The position numbers and the translations under genes were made by a program. From Lingula anatina (Eukaryota; Animalia; Brachiopoda): a stretch of DNA of 64,000 nucleotides. The stretch spans positions 24,618,848 to 24,682,847 of the forward strand of contig CM120643.1 in NCBI GenBank assembly GCA_051362555.1. The letters are read 5' to 3'. The notes below the pieces were generated by a model. The model saw only the letters and a list, made by a program, of their open reading frames with translations. It was not told the DNA's origin and made no database searches. Positions within the stretch are counted from its first letter, which is position 1. Each line of letters begins with the position of its first letter. Below are positions 1-13,186 of this stretch, one piece after another.

Positions 1-855
1 CTCTTACTCCTGTTTTCCTCAACAATACTCTTAAGCTTTAATGTCCGCCTCCAGGCACTCTTTTCTTGGCATATAGCAGTTCCTCTTGTTATATATTTAA
101 GTTATTAAGTTACCGGTACTTGAATTTTCTAGGAACATAGAAAAGTTGTGATCTGTCTTAAGCACTTATATTAACACTATACATCTCTATAATGAAATTA
201 ATAATGTATGTGTATATATAAACTTATTAGGATAAAGTATATTTGTTCATGCTTACATGAGTTGCTTTTTAGTTTCCAATGTACATCATGCAATTTAACA
301 GACTATTTATGTCTCCTTGATCTAAGCCAATTTGAATATAACAACATGCAGATAAAGTAATGTAAAAAACCAAGTATGATGTTCGAAATTTGGCCGATAA
401 GGGCCGCATTTATTGAAAGTCCCAAAGAAAAAGAAATGAAGCAGATTAATGATAAACACTGAATAGTGTTGACAAATGACATTTTAATTAACATTAATGT
501 GTGCGCCTGAAATATCTACATTTAAAATATAATTTCCAAAGAAATAGTGCACACATTTCAATTTAAGGGGTATTTGTTTCAGTTCCAAAACTTTCTTGAA
601 ATATTAACATCTTTGTTAATTTCTGTAGACTACCATTTTTTTCATAATGAGTAGTTCATTTAATAACATTTTTTTCTAGATTAAAAGAGTAATATTATAT
701 TTCAACAAAAATATAAATAGTTGGAACATCCTATAGCTGGAAAATTCTATTCTTTCTTCAATTGACTCCACTGTATGATGCCTTTTTTTCTACTAAGTCC
801 AAGACCTTTATCTTTGAGGTCTCATTTAGCTGAACATCATACATGGCCAAACACA

Positions 856-1029
856 GGCCCCATTCAGAATAGGGGACTAATTAGTCTGAGGGTCAAATAT
901 GGCAAACCACAACAAAGCTTGTTGTCTTATCTGCTAACAGACACTGATAGATATCCCGTGGGGAAGTACTCAAGTGGGTCAGCCATATTTGACCCTCGGA
1001 CTAGTTAGTCCCCTATTCTGAATGGGACC
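856..1029. mobile_element. MITE, 174 bp, PIF/Harbinger-like
   Basis: Inverted ends ggccccattcagaataggggactaattagtc / gactagttagtcccctattctgaatgggacc. The paralogous site near 13098-13120 (catggccaaacatagaccac) is empty, implying a 3 bp ATA/ACA duplication. Confidence 0.8.
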
Positions 1030-1112
1030 ATAGACCACCTTAACTCAGCCACTTGTACAGAATATTTCATCTTTCCACATGTAAAAGAAATGTACATTTT
1101 GTGTCCTTGCAG

Positions 1113-1898
1113 ATGGAAATACAAGTTATTTGTCACCCCTAGTCGCCTGGTGATGCTGACAGGAGCAGCACTGGCAGGCACATGTGGCTTTATAGCTGGA
1201 ATAGTGGGTTTACTGCAGTGGAGAGAGAAGGTAATGGGTCAGAATTCTTATTTATATTATTTTATTTATTTTCATTATCAATATTTCACATTTATTTCAA
1301 TTTATTATAATTAATATGACTGTTCTCTTTTTCTTTGTTTCATGCATTAAGAATTATCATTTGCCTAAATTGCTTTCAAGAGTTCACTCCTTAATAACAT
1401 AGGTAACAAAAGAAGGCCATCACAGTTTACAGGTTGATTGAAATTTGGCAAAGTTATTGCTGCTTTGATTTACGACAAACCCAAATGAGATTATTTTTGA
1501 ATTCAAGTCTTGAATTGTGTTTTTATTTGTAATGATAAAGCATATTTTTTCCTTTGATTAAAAGGTAGTTTTTTTCTAAAGACCATAAGTATTTTTATTC
1601 ATGAGACATTTAGTCTCCTTAGAAATGACATATTTTTACATCAATTTTACAGATCTAGTTCACCACTATATTTTCATTGTAAAAATTTCATTGTAAAAGG
1701 TAGTTTTTTTCTAAAGATCAAAAGCATTTTTTATGCATGAGACATTTAATTTCCTTAGAAATTGCGTATTTTTACATCATTTTTACAGATCTGGTTCACC
1801 GCAATATTTTCATTGAAAAAATTATTATATCTTTTCAGAGAGAAGATCAGAAAGAAAAAAGACAAGAATCTCACAAATTTCATTTTGATGCCATGTAG
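1113..1898 (+). CDS. ITFG1: Last two coding exons of ITFG1 (T-cell immunomodulatory protein / LINKIN), copy 1; upstream exons not in window
   Basis: Exons 1113-1230 and 1839-1898 with AG/GT borders splice to WKYKLFVTPSRLVMLTGAALAGTCGFIAGIVGLLQWREKREDQKEKRQESHKFHFDAM*, i.e. the transmembrane helix and the conserved FHFDAM C-terminus. May be a functional 3' end or an orphan fragment. Confidence 0.88.
1561..1825. repeat. Intronic tandem duplication, two copies of about 135 bp
   Basis: aaaggtagtttttttctaaaga...cattgtaaaaatt occurs twice; the paralogous intron (about 13830-13960) has one copy. Confidence 0.8.
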
Positions 1899-3617
1899 CA
1901 TGTAGAACACCCTTGCCTATGGCTCCTGGTGCTGAGGAACACTGGATATCCAGTTTCACTTTCATTTTAATGCAGTGACTGTAATGTACAGGATATGTAG
2001 TTCTATGTGACTATGAAAACATTTTTTCTCTTTCATTTTTATGACATGCCTGCAGTGTAAGGAAATTGATTTTCATTTAAGCACTCTTTGACACTAAGCT
2101 TTTACTGTTAGTAACTAAAAACTATTTAATCATTTAAAAGCTACATACTTTTTAGATACTTCTGGTGTGATAGGTAAAATAAATCTTTAGGAAAGTGTAG
2201 TTTTCTCCAAAAAGTCACAGAGCTCTTGGCTTCTTTTGTTTTGTTTATTTATTTATTTATTTATGTAGTCTCACATCCATGCTTAGTAAGAAACCGAAGG
2301 CAGCAATTGGAGTGACAAATTGGATTAACCTATAAGGTTGTGAAGTACAAAACTGGAACTACCAATATCACACCATGCTATTTAAAAAGCAGGGTTCAGT
2401 CAAAAAGGGCAAAAACAACAAATAGCTGTTTTCCTTACTTATTTCATATGGGAAATACATGACAGTCTGAGTTATTATTTTGTACAATATCACCAGGAAT
2501 GTGTGTGTGTGTGTGACTGCGTGTCTGCATACATGTTTGTGTGTGTGCATATAATCATGGTAGAATGGAAAATTCTTTTGACAATCTTATTTCTTCTGAT
2601 AATGTTATTTATCATTATTATTGTAATATTTTTGGTAATACTGAAAACTTATTTATTCTGTTGTTTAGATATTATGCAATGATATGAAGAAAAAAACAGT
2701 GAATTTTATACAGATTTGAATTCAAGTGGGAAAGGAATAGTTCACAGGGATGTTTTCAACATTTGAGACCTATATTTATAAGCTAGATCAGTTTATTCAT
2801 GTAGTGATAATATTTGTTTTAGAAATTTAAACTGAATTTTTTTTAAGCTCAATATAATTATTTTTTCTTTGTCTGCATAACTTAAAAATAATGTTACCTA
2901 TAAAAACATTTGATAGATGCTTCACTTAGTTTTATATTATATCAATTGCAAACATGGCTGTATGGACTTTTTAATATTTTACTTTATTTATTTAGTCTTT
3001 TCAATTGGACGTTGGTAAAAAAACTTGTCACATATTTTCTTTTTTTGAATGTTTTCTCTTTTGCCTTTTGAAGCAAATGTATTTAGAGCTCTTTGAGTTG
3101 AAAATTAATGCTACTTATATCTCTAACATTTAATTTAGTGACTTTAGAGAAGTCAGCCTAAAGGTATTTTCTTCATAAAGTACAAATAATCAGTGATAAG
3201 TGTTGATTAATTTGACATATTAAAGCAAAGATCAGATGTACATGTAACCTTTTTCTTTTTACACTAAATTTATTTTCCTTTTTTTGTCGATTGAACAATA
3301 AACAAAACTTAAAGGATAAACCATGCTAGTTGTTATACAGGCATTCATTGTCAGAGGTAAAGGATAAAATTACTGTCATTTGTTTAAACAATTTGCCTTA
3401 TTAACTCATCTGCTGTTAAAATCAATTTAAGTTGATAAATATCTATTATTGTGAAGTACTGGATATAAGTCACATATTAAACGGAAAAGTATATTTTAAT
3501 AATTACTTATCAATATATTTCTTGGAAATACCACTTTAAATTTAACATGGGCAGTTTGTATGGTCACTTAAAATTTTTTTGAAGAACCAACACAACTCAG
3601 TCTATATGTTATGGTCA

Positions 3618-6600
3618 CTATTTAGAGCAGACAACACAGGCCAGTTCTCTTCCATCCACATATGGTGGACAGGGGAGGGTACCACACTTAGCTTCAGCAG
3701 TGTAGAACAAGGCCCCGTTTTTGTCCTCATGACCCCCAGCTACCACTTCTGGAGCTTCATCGAGGCAGACAAACTCTGTTCTATGAAAAGTATCGTGTTC
3801 TGATATCAGGTATCCATTGTACTCTGTTGTCCACCCAGCTGGACATGTCTTCTTGGCTGGTATCATCACATGACTGGGACGTGTTTGGGTGTAGCATACA
3901 GCACAGGGGGCATCATGGTCTTTAAAATTCTGACCTCCTGTATTGATTGTTGAAAATATGTTAGATTTAATATGTTCATATTCCACACCATGTATGTAAG
4001 AGCCTAAATCTTGTCCTCCATCTTGGTATTTCCCCCACTCTGGTGTCTGTGGCATACACAGGTAATTACTGCCTCCTCCAGTTTTGTCGTAGTAGGTTCC
4101 AGCCGATATCCCTGATATTAAAAATGATAAAATGCACTTTTTTAGATTTAAACTAACTATAGGTGTAAAATTTAAAATAAAAATGTATAAATATATTATA
4201 TGTATAACAATTATTATTATTATCTTGAAGGCAAGAAAAACCTCACTTTAAAGGCCTGTGTTTTTATTAATTTACCTTTGTACAAAAGCTTTGAGTGCGT
4301 TGAACAAGTTGTTCTGCCCCAATGTGTATAAACTGCCCCACCGTGGCTGGTATTGGCTGGTAGACCTAAAAACATACTGTAAATCTAGACAAACATGTTG
4401 TATACACTGCTCCACCATGTCTGGTATTGGCTGGTAAACCTGAAAACATACATTAAACAAAGAGAACCATATTGTGTACACTGCTCCACCATGGCTGGTA
4501 TTGGCTGGTAAACCTGAAAATATATATTGAACCTAGAGAACGATATTGTATACACTGCCCACCATGGCCGGTAATGCTCTTATACAAGATACTATGAAAA
4601 TGCACACTTTCAAAACAGACCTCTTTATGATCAACTTAATGTTGCACAGCAATCTGTAGCCCATTCATCAGTATAGCTCTCTTATAAGAGTAAAACCTTC
4701 AATAGAATGGAAAAAATGAATCTATCTAATTAGAAGTCAGTGCAGAGAAATGTAGAACGGATCCCCCCCCCCCCAAAAAAAAAAAAAAAAAAAAAAAATT
4801 AACATAATCAAAAGGAAGAGATTCATGTAGTTAAAACAACAGACAAACCTGTAGATGGCACCCCTTTTTGAGCTGCAATTTGTCCCAGCATTTGTTTGAG
4901 TGTATCCAATGTTAGAGATCCTGGGTCTCCTTTAGGTCCAGGTGGTCCCTTGGGAAATTGAACAAAAATATTGGAAATGCTATAATTACACATAGGAATG
5001 TATATTAACAGAATTATAAACTGGTGATATCAATTATAGATCTGTTATCTATGAGTTGATTATTTGGAATAACATATCAAGAACATTTTCAGAAGTATAT
5101 CTCATGGAACACTTAATATTTCCCATTTTTCATGATATTTTAAAAAAGTAGAAAACAGTTTAATGTGTATTTTTTGATATTTCAAGAATTGGATATCATA
5201 GTTCATAGATTACATTATTGTCTAATTTTAAATCAAAACTAATATAAATATTCAACCATAATTTTGAATTACAAAACTAGCATAGATCGATATAGCCATC
5301 ATGCTAAGTTTTACCTGTATTCCATCTCTGCCATCTTTACCATCTCTCCCAGGTAATCCCTGTGGACACTGAACACTGCTCCCTGAGGAATTGACAACTG
5401 AAAAGTATATATTAGTAATACATTTTTTTTATTTCTTTGGATAATAACTTTGTCTTAGTGAAATCAATAAATGTATTTCATAATTACATATCAATTCTGA
5501 CAGTTACCTCATCATTCACAAGACATCAGTCAGTCATCACAACTTAGGGCTAAACATAGCCCAGAGGTGACCTCACCCAAAATCAATCATTTAAAATACT
5601 AAGTAGTACAGGTAAATTGAAATATAATTTAAAATATCATTTTGCATCTTATATTTAACTGTTACTAGTAAGGGATTGTTCTTCATGATATTTGATATTT
5701 AAAATGAATGTTTTATTGTTTAGAAAGATAGGGTATCATTGGATAAGACCTTATGTGGTAGCAAAATGTTTTCTGTTTTAAGTTATCATATAGAGTGCAG
5801 ACCTTTACCATTACCTTGTAGTGGTGACTGATATCCAAGCAGTCCAATGATTTGCTTGAGACTGTCTACTGTTAAACCTGGGTTCTGTGGATTAATTAAG
5901 GTATTTGGAAGATAAAGCGATGAAGTGTTCACATTTTGTCATTTCCCACAATAAGAACAAAAAATGGTATGTAATGTTAAAATTAAATCATATCTACATA
6001 AAAAAAATATGTATGATATTTATTTGGTATTTTTTCACTTTCAATTCCAACTTATTATGTCACATGTCCATGGATTCATACTGAAGAAGCAATTGTTAAA
6101 TATTATTACTAACAAAATTTTTTTGTTATAGCACGTGATAGTCATGTAATTTATCACAATTGAAGATGAGTGAAATTACCCAAATTCCATCCTTCCCATC
6201 CCTGCCATCTTTTCCATCCTTACCATCCCTGCCATCTCTTCCTGGGGGTCCTTGGGGTCCTTGTACACAGCCTGAACTTACCACTAAAATACATGTATTT
6301 TGATGCTGAGTGTCAGCTTAGGGATACATGCTAATGTTATCCGTCATGTAAATATTTTCATATAGAAGGCAGGATTGTCCCACTTTGATATAAATTTTTT
6401 TCTGACAATGTAGGTGAATAGTTACCCCAACTTGAGGCCACAGCAATAACAGTCATAATCAGCAGACATTGCTTAAATACACCTACTACTTCTTATATTG
6501 TGGAACAACAGAAATAAGCATCCTATTAAATTGGGGTTTTATCATTCCCCATAATTAAATTTGGGGCATATTCCTTTAACCCTGCAGTATATTTTATCAA

Positions 6601-7187
6601 ATTTTGTGATATCTGGTTTTGTACCATTTTTGATTAATCAAAAATGGTGCAAAAAGTTAATATAAGACTTTAATAAATAATATTATAACTTACAGTTTCC
6701 TTGCTGCACTTGTCTCTTGGTAATAGAATGGTGAAAGTTTGTTGCATTTCGCTCAGGAACAGTGACTGTTTGTGAATCTAGCTTCAACTTGATTTTCTGA
6801 ATATCTGACTGATTAAAAAGATTTGATTAGTCTTTTACTATCATTTTAAATATATGGAAATTAAATTATGTAGGCTGTTAAAGATGTTAATTTTTGTTAT
6901 TTGACTACAGTGAAGAGAGACAATTAAGGGATCAAACTATTGGAAAATTCACAATCATACAATTAGGCAAGTTGTGAAGCACAAAATACCTTAAGTTGTT
7001 TGTTTTCCTGTTTTACTGCAGCAACCTCCGCCTCCAACCTTTTCAGGAATGCTATCTCTCGTTCTTGCTTGTCCAGTCTTTCAACCAGTTTCATCAACAC
7101 ATCATCATTATTGACATCAGCATGATGTTGTAAAGTTGATGCAGAGACAGTAGCAACAATAAGGGCAGTGAATACATGAAAATACAT
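3618..7187 (-). CDS. Paralogue A: secreted short-chain collagen C4/spongin-like protein, long form, 8 exons, 417 aa
   Basis: Exons 7187-6990, 6808-6694, 6283-6180, 5884-5815, 5397-5315, 4948-4849, 4365-4276, 4111-3618; phases compatible, total 1254 nt, no internal stop. Signal peptide MYFHVFTALIVATVSA, Gly-X-Y runs, head VYTHWGRTTC...GGGSNYLC...APCAVC...CPAGWTTEYNGYL...LPCPPY...CVVCSK. Alternative ATG at 7199. Confidence 0.9.
4325..4575 (-). repeat. 74 bp tandem repeat built from the splice acceptor and 5' half of exon 7
   Basis: The unit tttYag|gtYtaccagccaataccagccaYggtgg recurs with exon-start positions 4365 (true), 4439 and 4513, plus a decayed fourth unit. Confidence 0.85.
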
Positions 7188-9043
7188 GATGTGCAGCATT
7201 TAAGGACAGTCAAGATTATGACCTGGGTGAGGCTTAGAAAAGCTCTTTTATCAATTGATTGGCCCTTAATTTATCAATTGGACTTGTCAAACACGGACAG
7301 TGTGGGGCTTAGCAACTCAGATTTTTACCAATATTTGCTCTAGTGAGCATGTAGGACAGAAGCACATGGTTCAGTAATAAAGTCAGTTGTGAATTAAGAT
7401 ATTACAGTAAGCTGCTTGTCTATTTTTTCTATTAATCTCTCTTGACAAATTAACCAGTAACACATTCAATCACAAACCTCTTACTCCTCAGTTCTCCTGA
7501 ATTAAACTCTAAAAAGTAGATTATGTGGGCACCACCAGGTACTCTTTACTCAAGATTTGACAGTTCATTTATCTTTTCAATTTAATATAGCTTACTGATA
7601 TCATTCAAACACATACAAGCACATGCTTCATTCTGCTCCTTAAATCTCAAATAAAAGTTGCATTTTCTATGTATACAAACTTATAACTTTTACCCAAGTG
7701 CCAGCTCTTTTCCAGTATATGCCATGCAGTTGAACTGTCAGTGAAAGTTTTTTTTTCAGTTCCTACACTTTTTGCACTATTTATTTCTTAGTTTATTTCT
7801 GTATTAATTAACTTACTGTTTTCTTATAAATTTTTCATACCAATTACTGGTATGTTCTTCTAGATGCAAAAGATAATGTTGTTTCAGCAAGCTTTGTAAT
7901 TTAGCATTAGCATTTAGAAACTCAGAGAATTATTCTAAAAAATATTAAAATTATAACAAGCCACATATAGATGTCAGTCAAAAATCACAGGTGGTTAGAA
8001 AGCTGTGTTCTGAATGGGTCTTAATTGGTAAATTACACATGGGTTTAAACATTAATGGAATGCATTTTCAAAGATTTTTCTAGCACCTACTTTGCTGGCT
8101 TTGTCCCTTGGAATCTTGAAGTACACAAATATCAAATTTCTAAACATTTGTACTTCCAGCACCTGTTTTGCCAGCTTTACCTCCTGGAATGTGTTAGTTG
8201 TACTGTGCCTCAACCATTGTGACCAGATATCTGAGACATTGTGCTTACCATTCATGTTAATTTGTTAATTCTCAAGATACATGTACTTAAACCCTTTCTC
8301 AAGATACATGTACTTAAACCTTAAAAATTTTAATGCCTCTTTTTCAGAAAACAATTCCATTTTTTCTTTAAAGGAAATTACAAGACGGCATACTAATTGA
8401 TATTTCTGATCATATACCAATTTAGGTGTCTGTCATGCTGTTGTCTGGAAAACCATTTTTAATGACTTACTTAAATTATCTTGTTTGCATTTAAAAATTG
8501 GAAGGAGAAAATCTTTTAGATAAAAAAAAATTAGTAAGTACTGAATGTAAAGTTAGATATGTAAACCTAGAATGTGAATTTTAAAATTAGTTTTCCATTT
8601 TTAAAGGAGGCAGAAATTACTAAGCATTCTTTCATATAATTTTACAACACAAGGCAAGTTTGCCACTAATTTGATTACAGGAAAAAAATGGAAAAAACTG
8701 AATTTCTGCTCTTCACAGTTATTTATTTACTCTACAGACACAAAACAATAGATCAAAAGCATATAATTATATTTGAAATCTTCAATTTTCATGAATAAAT
8801 CAAAAACCTAGAGTACATGTAGGCCATTTAAACATTTTTTGTTAATTTACTAATTTGCTGATGAAAATCGACTGGAAATTGCCTGTGACACAAGACTATT
8901 CCTAAGGTCATTCTTCTCTTAGTCACAGGTCATTTTTTCAACATATTTGACACTGTTTAGTACAGACAGCGCAGGTATGTCTCCTTATGGTACTTGTATT
9001 TAGTGCCAATATTACATGTATGACCCATATTTTATGTTCTTCA

Positions 9044-12000
9044 CTATTTAGAGCAGACAACACATGCTAGTTCTCTTCCATCCACATATGGTGGACAGGG
9101 GAGGGTGCCACATTTAGCCTCAGCAGTGTAAAACGAGGCAGCAATTTTGTCCTCATGGCCTCCAGCTACCACTTCTGGACCTTCATCAAGGCAGACAAAT
9201 TCAGTTCTCTGGTGTGTGTTAAAAGCTGATACCAGGTATCCATTGTACTCTGTTGTCCACCCAGCTGGACATGTCTTCTTGGCTGGTATCAACACATGAC
9301 TGGGACGTGTTTGGGTGTAGCATACAGCACAGGGGGCATCTTGGTTAGGAAGATTATGACCTCCTGTATTGGATGTTGAAAATATGTTAGAGTAAATCCT
9401 TTCATATTGCACACCATGTATGTAAGAACCAGTACCTTGCCCTCCATCTTGGTATTTCCCCCACTCTGGTGTCTGTGGCAAACACAGGTAATTACTGCCT
9501 CCTCCAGTTTTGAGATCATCAGTTCCAGAAGCTATCCCTAAAGATAAAGTTATATAATTCAGACATTTTGAATTGTAAGCTTAGTTGCCTATATTTTTAT
9601 GCAGAGGAAGATCAAGTATAAAATCTTTTAAAATGTAGTACATGTACGGTATACTGAATTATCCCTAGAAAAACTATTTGTTACAACATGCATTTTACCT
9701 TTGTACAAAAGTTTTGAATGTGTTGAACAAGTTGTTCTTCCCCAACGTATGTATACTGTCCCACCATTGTTGTTATTGGCTGGTAGAGCTGAAAACATAC
9801 AGAAAACTATATTGTGAACACGGCCCTACTACATGTATGTCTGGTAGTGCTCTAAGACCAGATAACATAAAAATGTACACTTTAGAACTGACGTCACACT
9901 TATTTTTGCACAACAACCTTTGTTACTTTCTACCAGGGCCACAGATTGATTTTTCACAGAATATTCACAGGTATGCCTTTAGATAAATAGACGGTCATTT
10001 TACTTATCTGATCCTGTAATGAAATCTCTAGGCTGATTACATGTGTGGTAATTGTTTGCATAACTGTCCAGGCTAAGTCACTTTGACAGCAATGAAGACA
10101 GTTAATTGCTCTGATTTAAATCACTTGTTCTTTTGTGACAAATAAAAGTAGCCCCTTCTGAATACTGTAGCTTGTTACAACATATTGAAAATAATTGAGA
10201 AATCTCCTTAGCAGCTCCCTATAGAACCGGTACAATTCCATCTGTGTGCAGGCAGATTTAACTGCTAGCTTCCATCTGGCCAAAAATCACACAGTGGTTT
10301 TTCCAATTTTTCCCTGTATAATCTTCCACCCTGGTAGAGGGTAAACCTTTGTAACATTTATCAGAACAACTGTCTGTTTAATAAAAAGTAAAACCCTCGA
10401 TAAAATGGAAAAAATGAATTTGTTAATGAAGTCAGTGGACAGTAACATACAGAACAATTAACAAAACTAAAAGGAAGAGGTTAACATAGTTAAAGCACCA
10501 GACAAACCTGTTGGCAGCACCCCTTTCCTTTCCAGCATTTGTTTGAGAGTATCCAATGTTAGAGATCCTGGGACCCCGTTAGGTCCAGGGGGCCCCTTAG
10601 CAAATAGAAAAAAAATTAATTATGAATTATTTTTATGAATTAATAACAAACTATTTGTATGTTTTTACAAAAAACAAGAACAAAAATTATAATGTTGAAA
10701 TGAAATCATATCTACATCAATATATATTTATTTGGTATTTTTTCACTATCAATTCCAACTTATGTATGTCACATCCCAAGCCTTAACACTCTAGAAGCAA
10801 TTTTTAAATATTGTATAATTATTATACGAGGGTTGATTGATAAGTAGTGAGCCTCATATAGAAGGCGTACACATTTTACAACATAGTCTCCTTGAGTATC
10901 TATACACTTTTGCCAGCGAGTTTTGAGAGCCTCTATGCCACTTTTATAGAAGCCCTTCTCTTGGCCGTTCAGAAGCCCCTCCACTTCACGTATGATGTCA
11001 TCATCTGACACAAAGTGAGTACCTGAAATGGCCTTTTTCAATTTGGGAAATACATAATAGTCAGAGGGAGCAAGATCAGGCGAATTAGGTGGATGTTCTA
11101 TCAGTTCAAAGCCACACTCGTTGATTGCAGCCATGGCAATTACAGACTTGTGAGCAGGGGCATTTTGCAAAAGTCACTTGCCTTGCTTATTTGAGAGTGC
11201 TACCTCGTCAACATAAACTAACCAAATGACACCAAACTTCTGCTACACCCCATTAGATAGTCTGGGAATAGAAGGGCTGAAAAGGGACATCCCTGCTTAA
11301 CCCCTTCCACACGAGGCTCACTACTTATCAATCAAACCTCGTAATTATATATGATGGCATACAATTTTATTCAAGAAGAAAATTTATTCTAAAAGTCATG
11401 GAATCTGTCATAAGAGAAGATCAGTAAATTAACCTGAATTCCATCTCTGCCATCCCTGCCATCTCTTCCTGGGGGTCCCTGGGGTCCTTGTAGACACCCT
11501 GAACTTACCACTAAAATACAGGACACAGTGGTTTGAATTGCTGGTTTTTAACAGGATACAGATGCTGCACATTGATACTCAACCATAAAATGCCTATTGT
11601 CACATATAATATTATATAAAATCAATACATCCTCTTGATATATCTTATCAGGAATTGTATAAAATGTCAGTTCAAGACTTCTAACAAATGATAGCTTACA
11701 GTTTCCTTGCTGCACTTGTCGCTTGGTAATGAAATGGTCTCCATGATGATGATTTGTTGTATTTCGCTCAGGAACAGTGACTGTTTGTGCATCAAGCTTC
11801 AACTTGATTTTCTGAATATCTGACTAATTAAAAAGATTTTATTAGTCTTTTTACTATAGATATGTCATTTTCAGGAAATTGTTGAACATAGCTATAGGTT
11901 GTTAATATGTTTTTGTAATTGATGATAGATAAGATCTTGTGGGTAATTCACAATGATGGGGTTGAGCAGAATTTTAAGCACTAAATACCTTTAGTTGTTT

Positions 12001-12180
12001 GTTTTCCTGCCTCATAGCAGCAACCTCAGCTTTCAGTGTTTTCATCTCTTGTTCCTGCTTGTCCAGTCTTTCAACCAGTTTTATCAACACGGCATTACTG
12101 GCACTGTCATGATGATGATGTCTTAAAGTTGATGCAGAGACAGTAGCAACAAAAAGAGCAGTGAATACATGAAAATACAT
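9044..12180 (-). CDS. Paralogue B: short-chain collagen C4-like, short form, 6 exons, 354 aa
   Basis: Exons 12180-11989, 11823-11700, 11510-11434, 10595-10508, 9788-9699, 9537-9044; 1065 nt, intact; lacks the equivalents of exons 4-5. Confidence 0.9.
10827..11341 (-). mobile_element. Internally deleted mariner (Tc1/mariner) element, 515 bp
   Basis: 29 bp TIRs cgagggttgattgataagtagtgagcctc, TA on both sides, transposase C-terminus NAPAHKS...HPPNSPDLAPSDYYVFPKLK...RWQKCIDTQGDYV. Confidence 0.92.
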
Positions 12181-13186
12181 GATGTACACCCGTCTGTAGC
12201 AGCCAAGACGCTGACCTGGGCGAGGCAAGGAAAACTCTTATATTGCTAAAGCCATGATTTATCAAGTGGACATGTCAGATTTTTACAATGTGGGTCTTAG
12301 AAAGTTGGGTTTTTACAAATATTTGCCTATTGATAGTTTAAGGGAAGCAGCTGATATTTCTTCTATAAATCATGTGTTAAGTTTGACAACCAGTCACAAA
12401 TTCAATCATAAACCTCTCACTCCTCAGTTTTCCTTAACTACAACTGTATACTCTTTAAGCTTCAGTGGTCACCACCAGGGACTCTTTTCTTGACATTTAG
12501 CAGTTCCCTATTCATTTATACGTTAAGTTCATATGTAACTTAAATTTCCCAGGAACATAGAACATAGATGTGTATTTAAACACTTAACACTACATCAATT
12601 TAATGTCTTATAAAATTTATAATGTATGTGCATATGTTAACTATGTTATGATGTTTTTTTCCTGTCTTCCATGAGCTGGTTTTTACTTATTTGTCTGACT
12701 AGTTGATCTTTTTCAATGTCTGTCAGTTCTTTAACTTTTTGCAATATTTATATCTTCGTTCATGTCTGTATGACTACCATTTTTTCATAATGAGTAGTTC
12801 ATTGAATAACATTTTTACTAGATTAAAAGGACAGTATTATATTTCAACCAAAATATTAACAGTAGGAACATCCTATAGCTGCAATAATTCTTTCTTCAAT
12901 TGACTCCACTGTATGATGCTCCTGTTTTTATTTTTTTACCAAGTCCAAAAACTTTATCTTTGAGGTCTGCTCTCATTTCTAACTGAGGAGTCTGGTGCAA
13001 CTCAGTCCCACTTTGGCTTTGAATATGTTACACACCCCTGTGTCCAATATTGGGTCCTTCTGTGCAGGTGATTTTACTGGTCTCTGATGTACCCTGTACA
13101 TGGCCAAACATAGACCACTTAATTTGAGCTTTACAGGATATTTAAACTATACACATTTAAAGAAAAGACATTTTGTGTCCTTGCAG

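Noticed and set aside
11974-12228. N-terminal extensions from TTG starts in the ORF track (also 63039-63308 and the 'MPQTPEW' starts)
   Set aside because: Prokaryotic-style starts. The ATG before the signal peptide and the spliced exon borders explain the genes better.
12230-12560. NF-kB or other immune response elements in upstream regions
   Set aside because: No convincing conserved GGGRNNYYCC site seen by eye, so there is no regulatory support for the immune hypothesis here.
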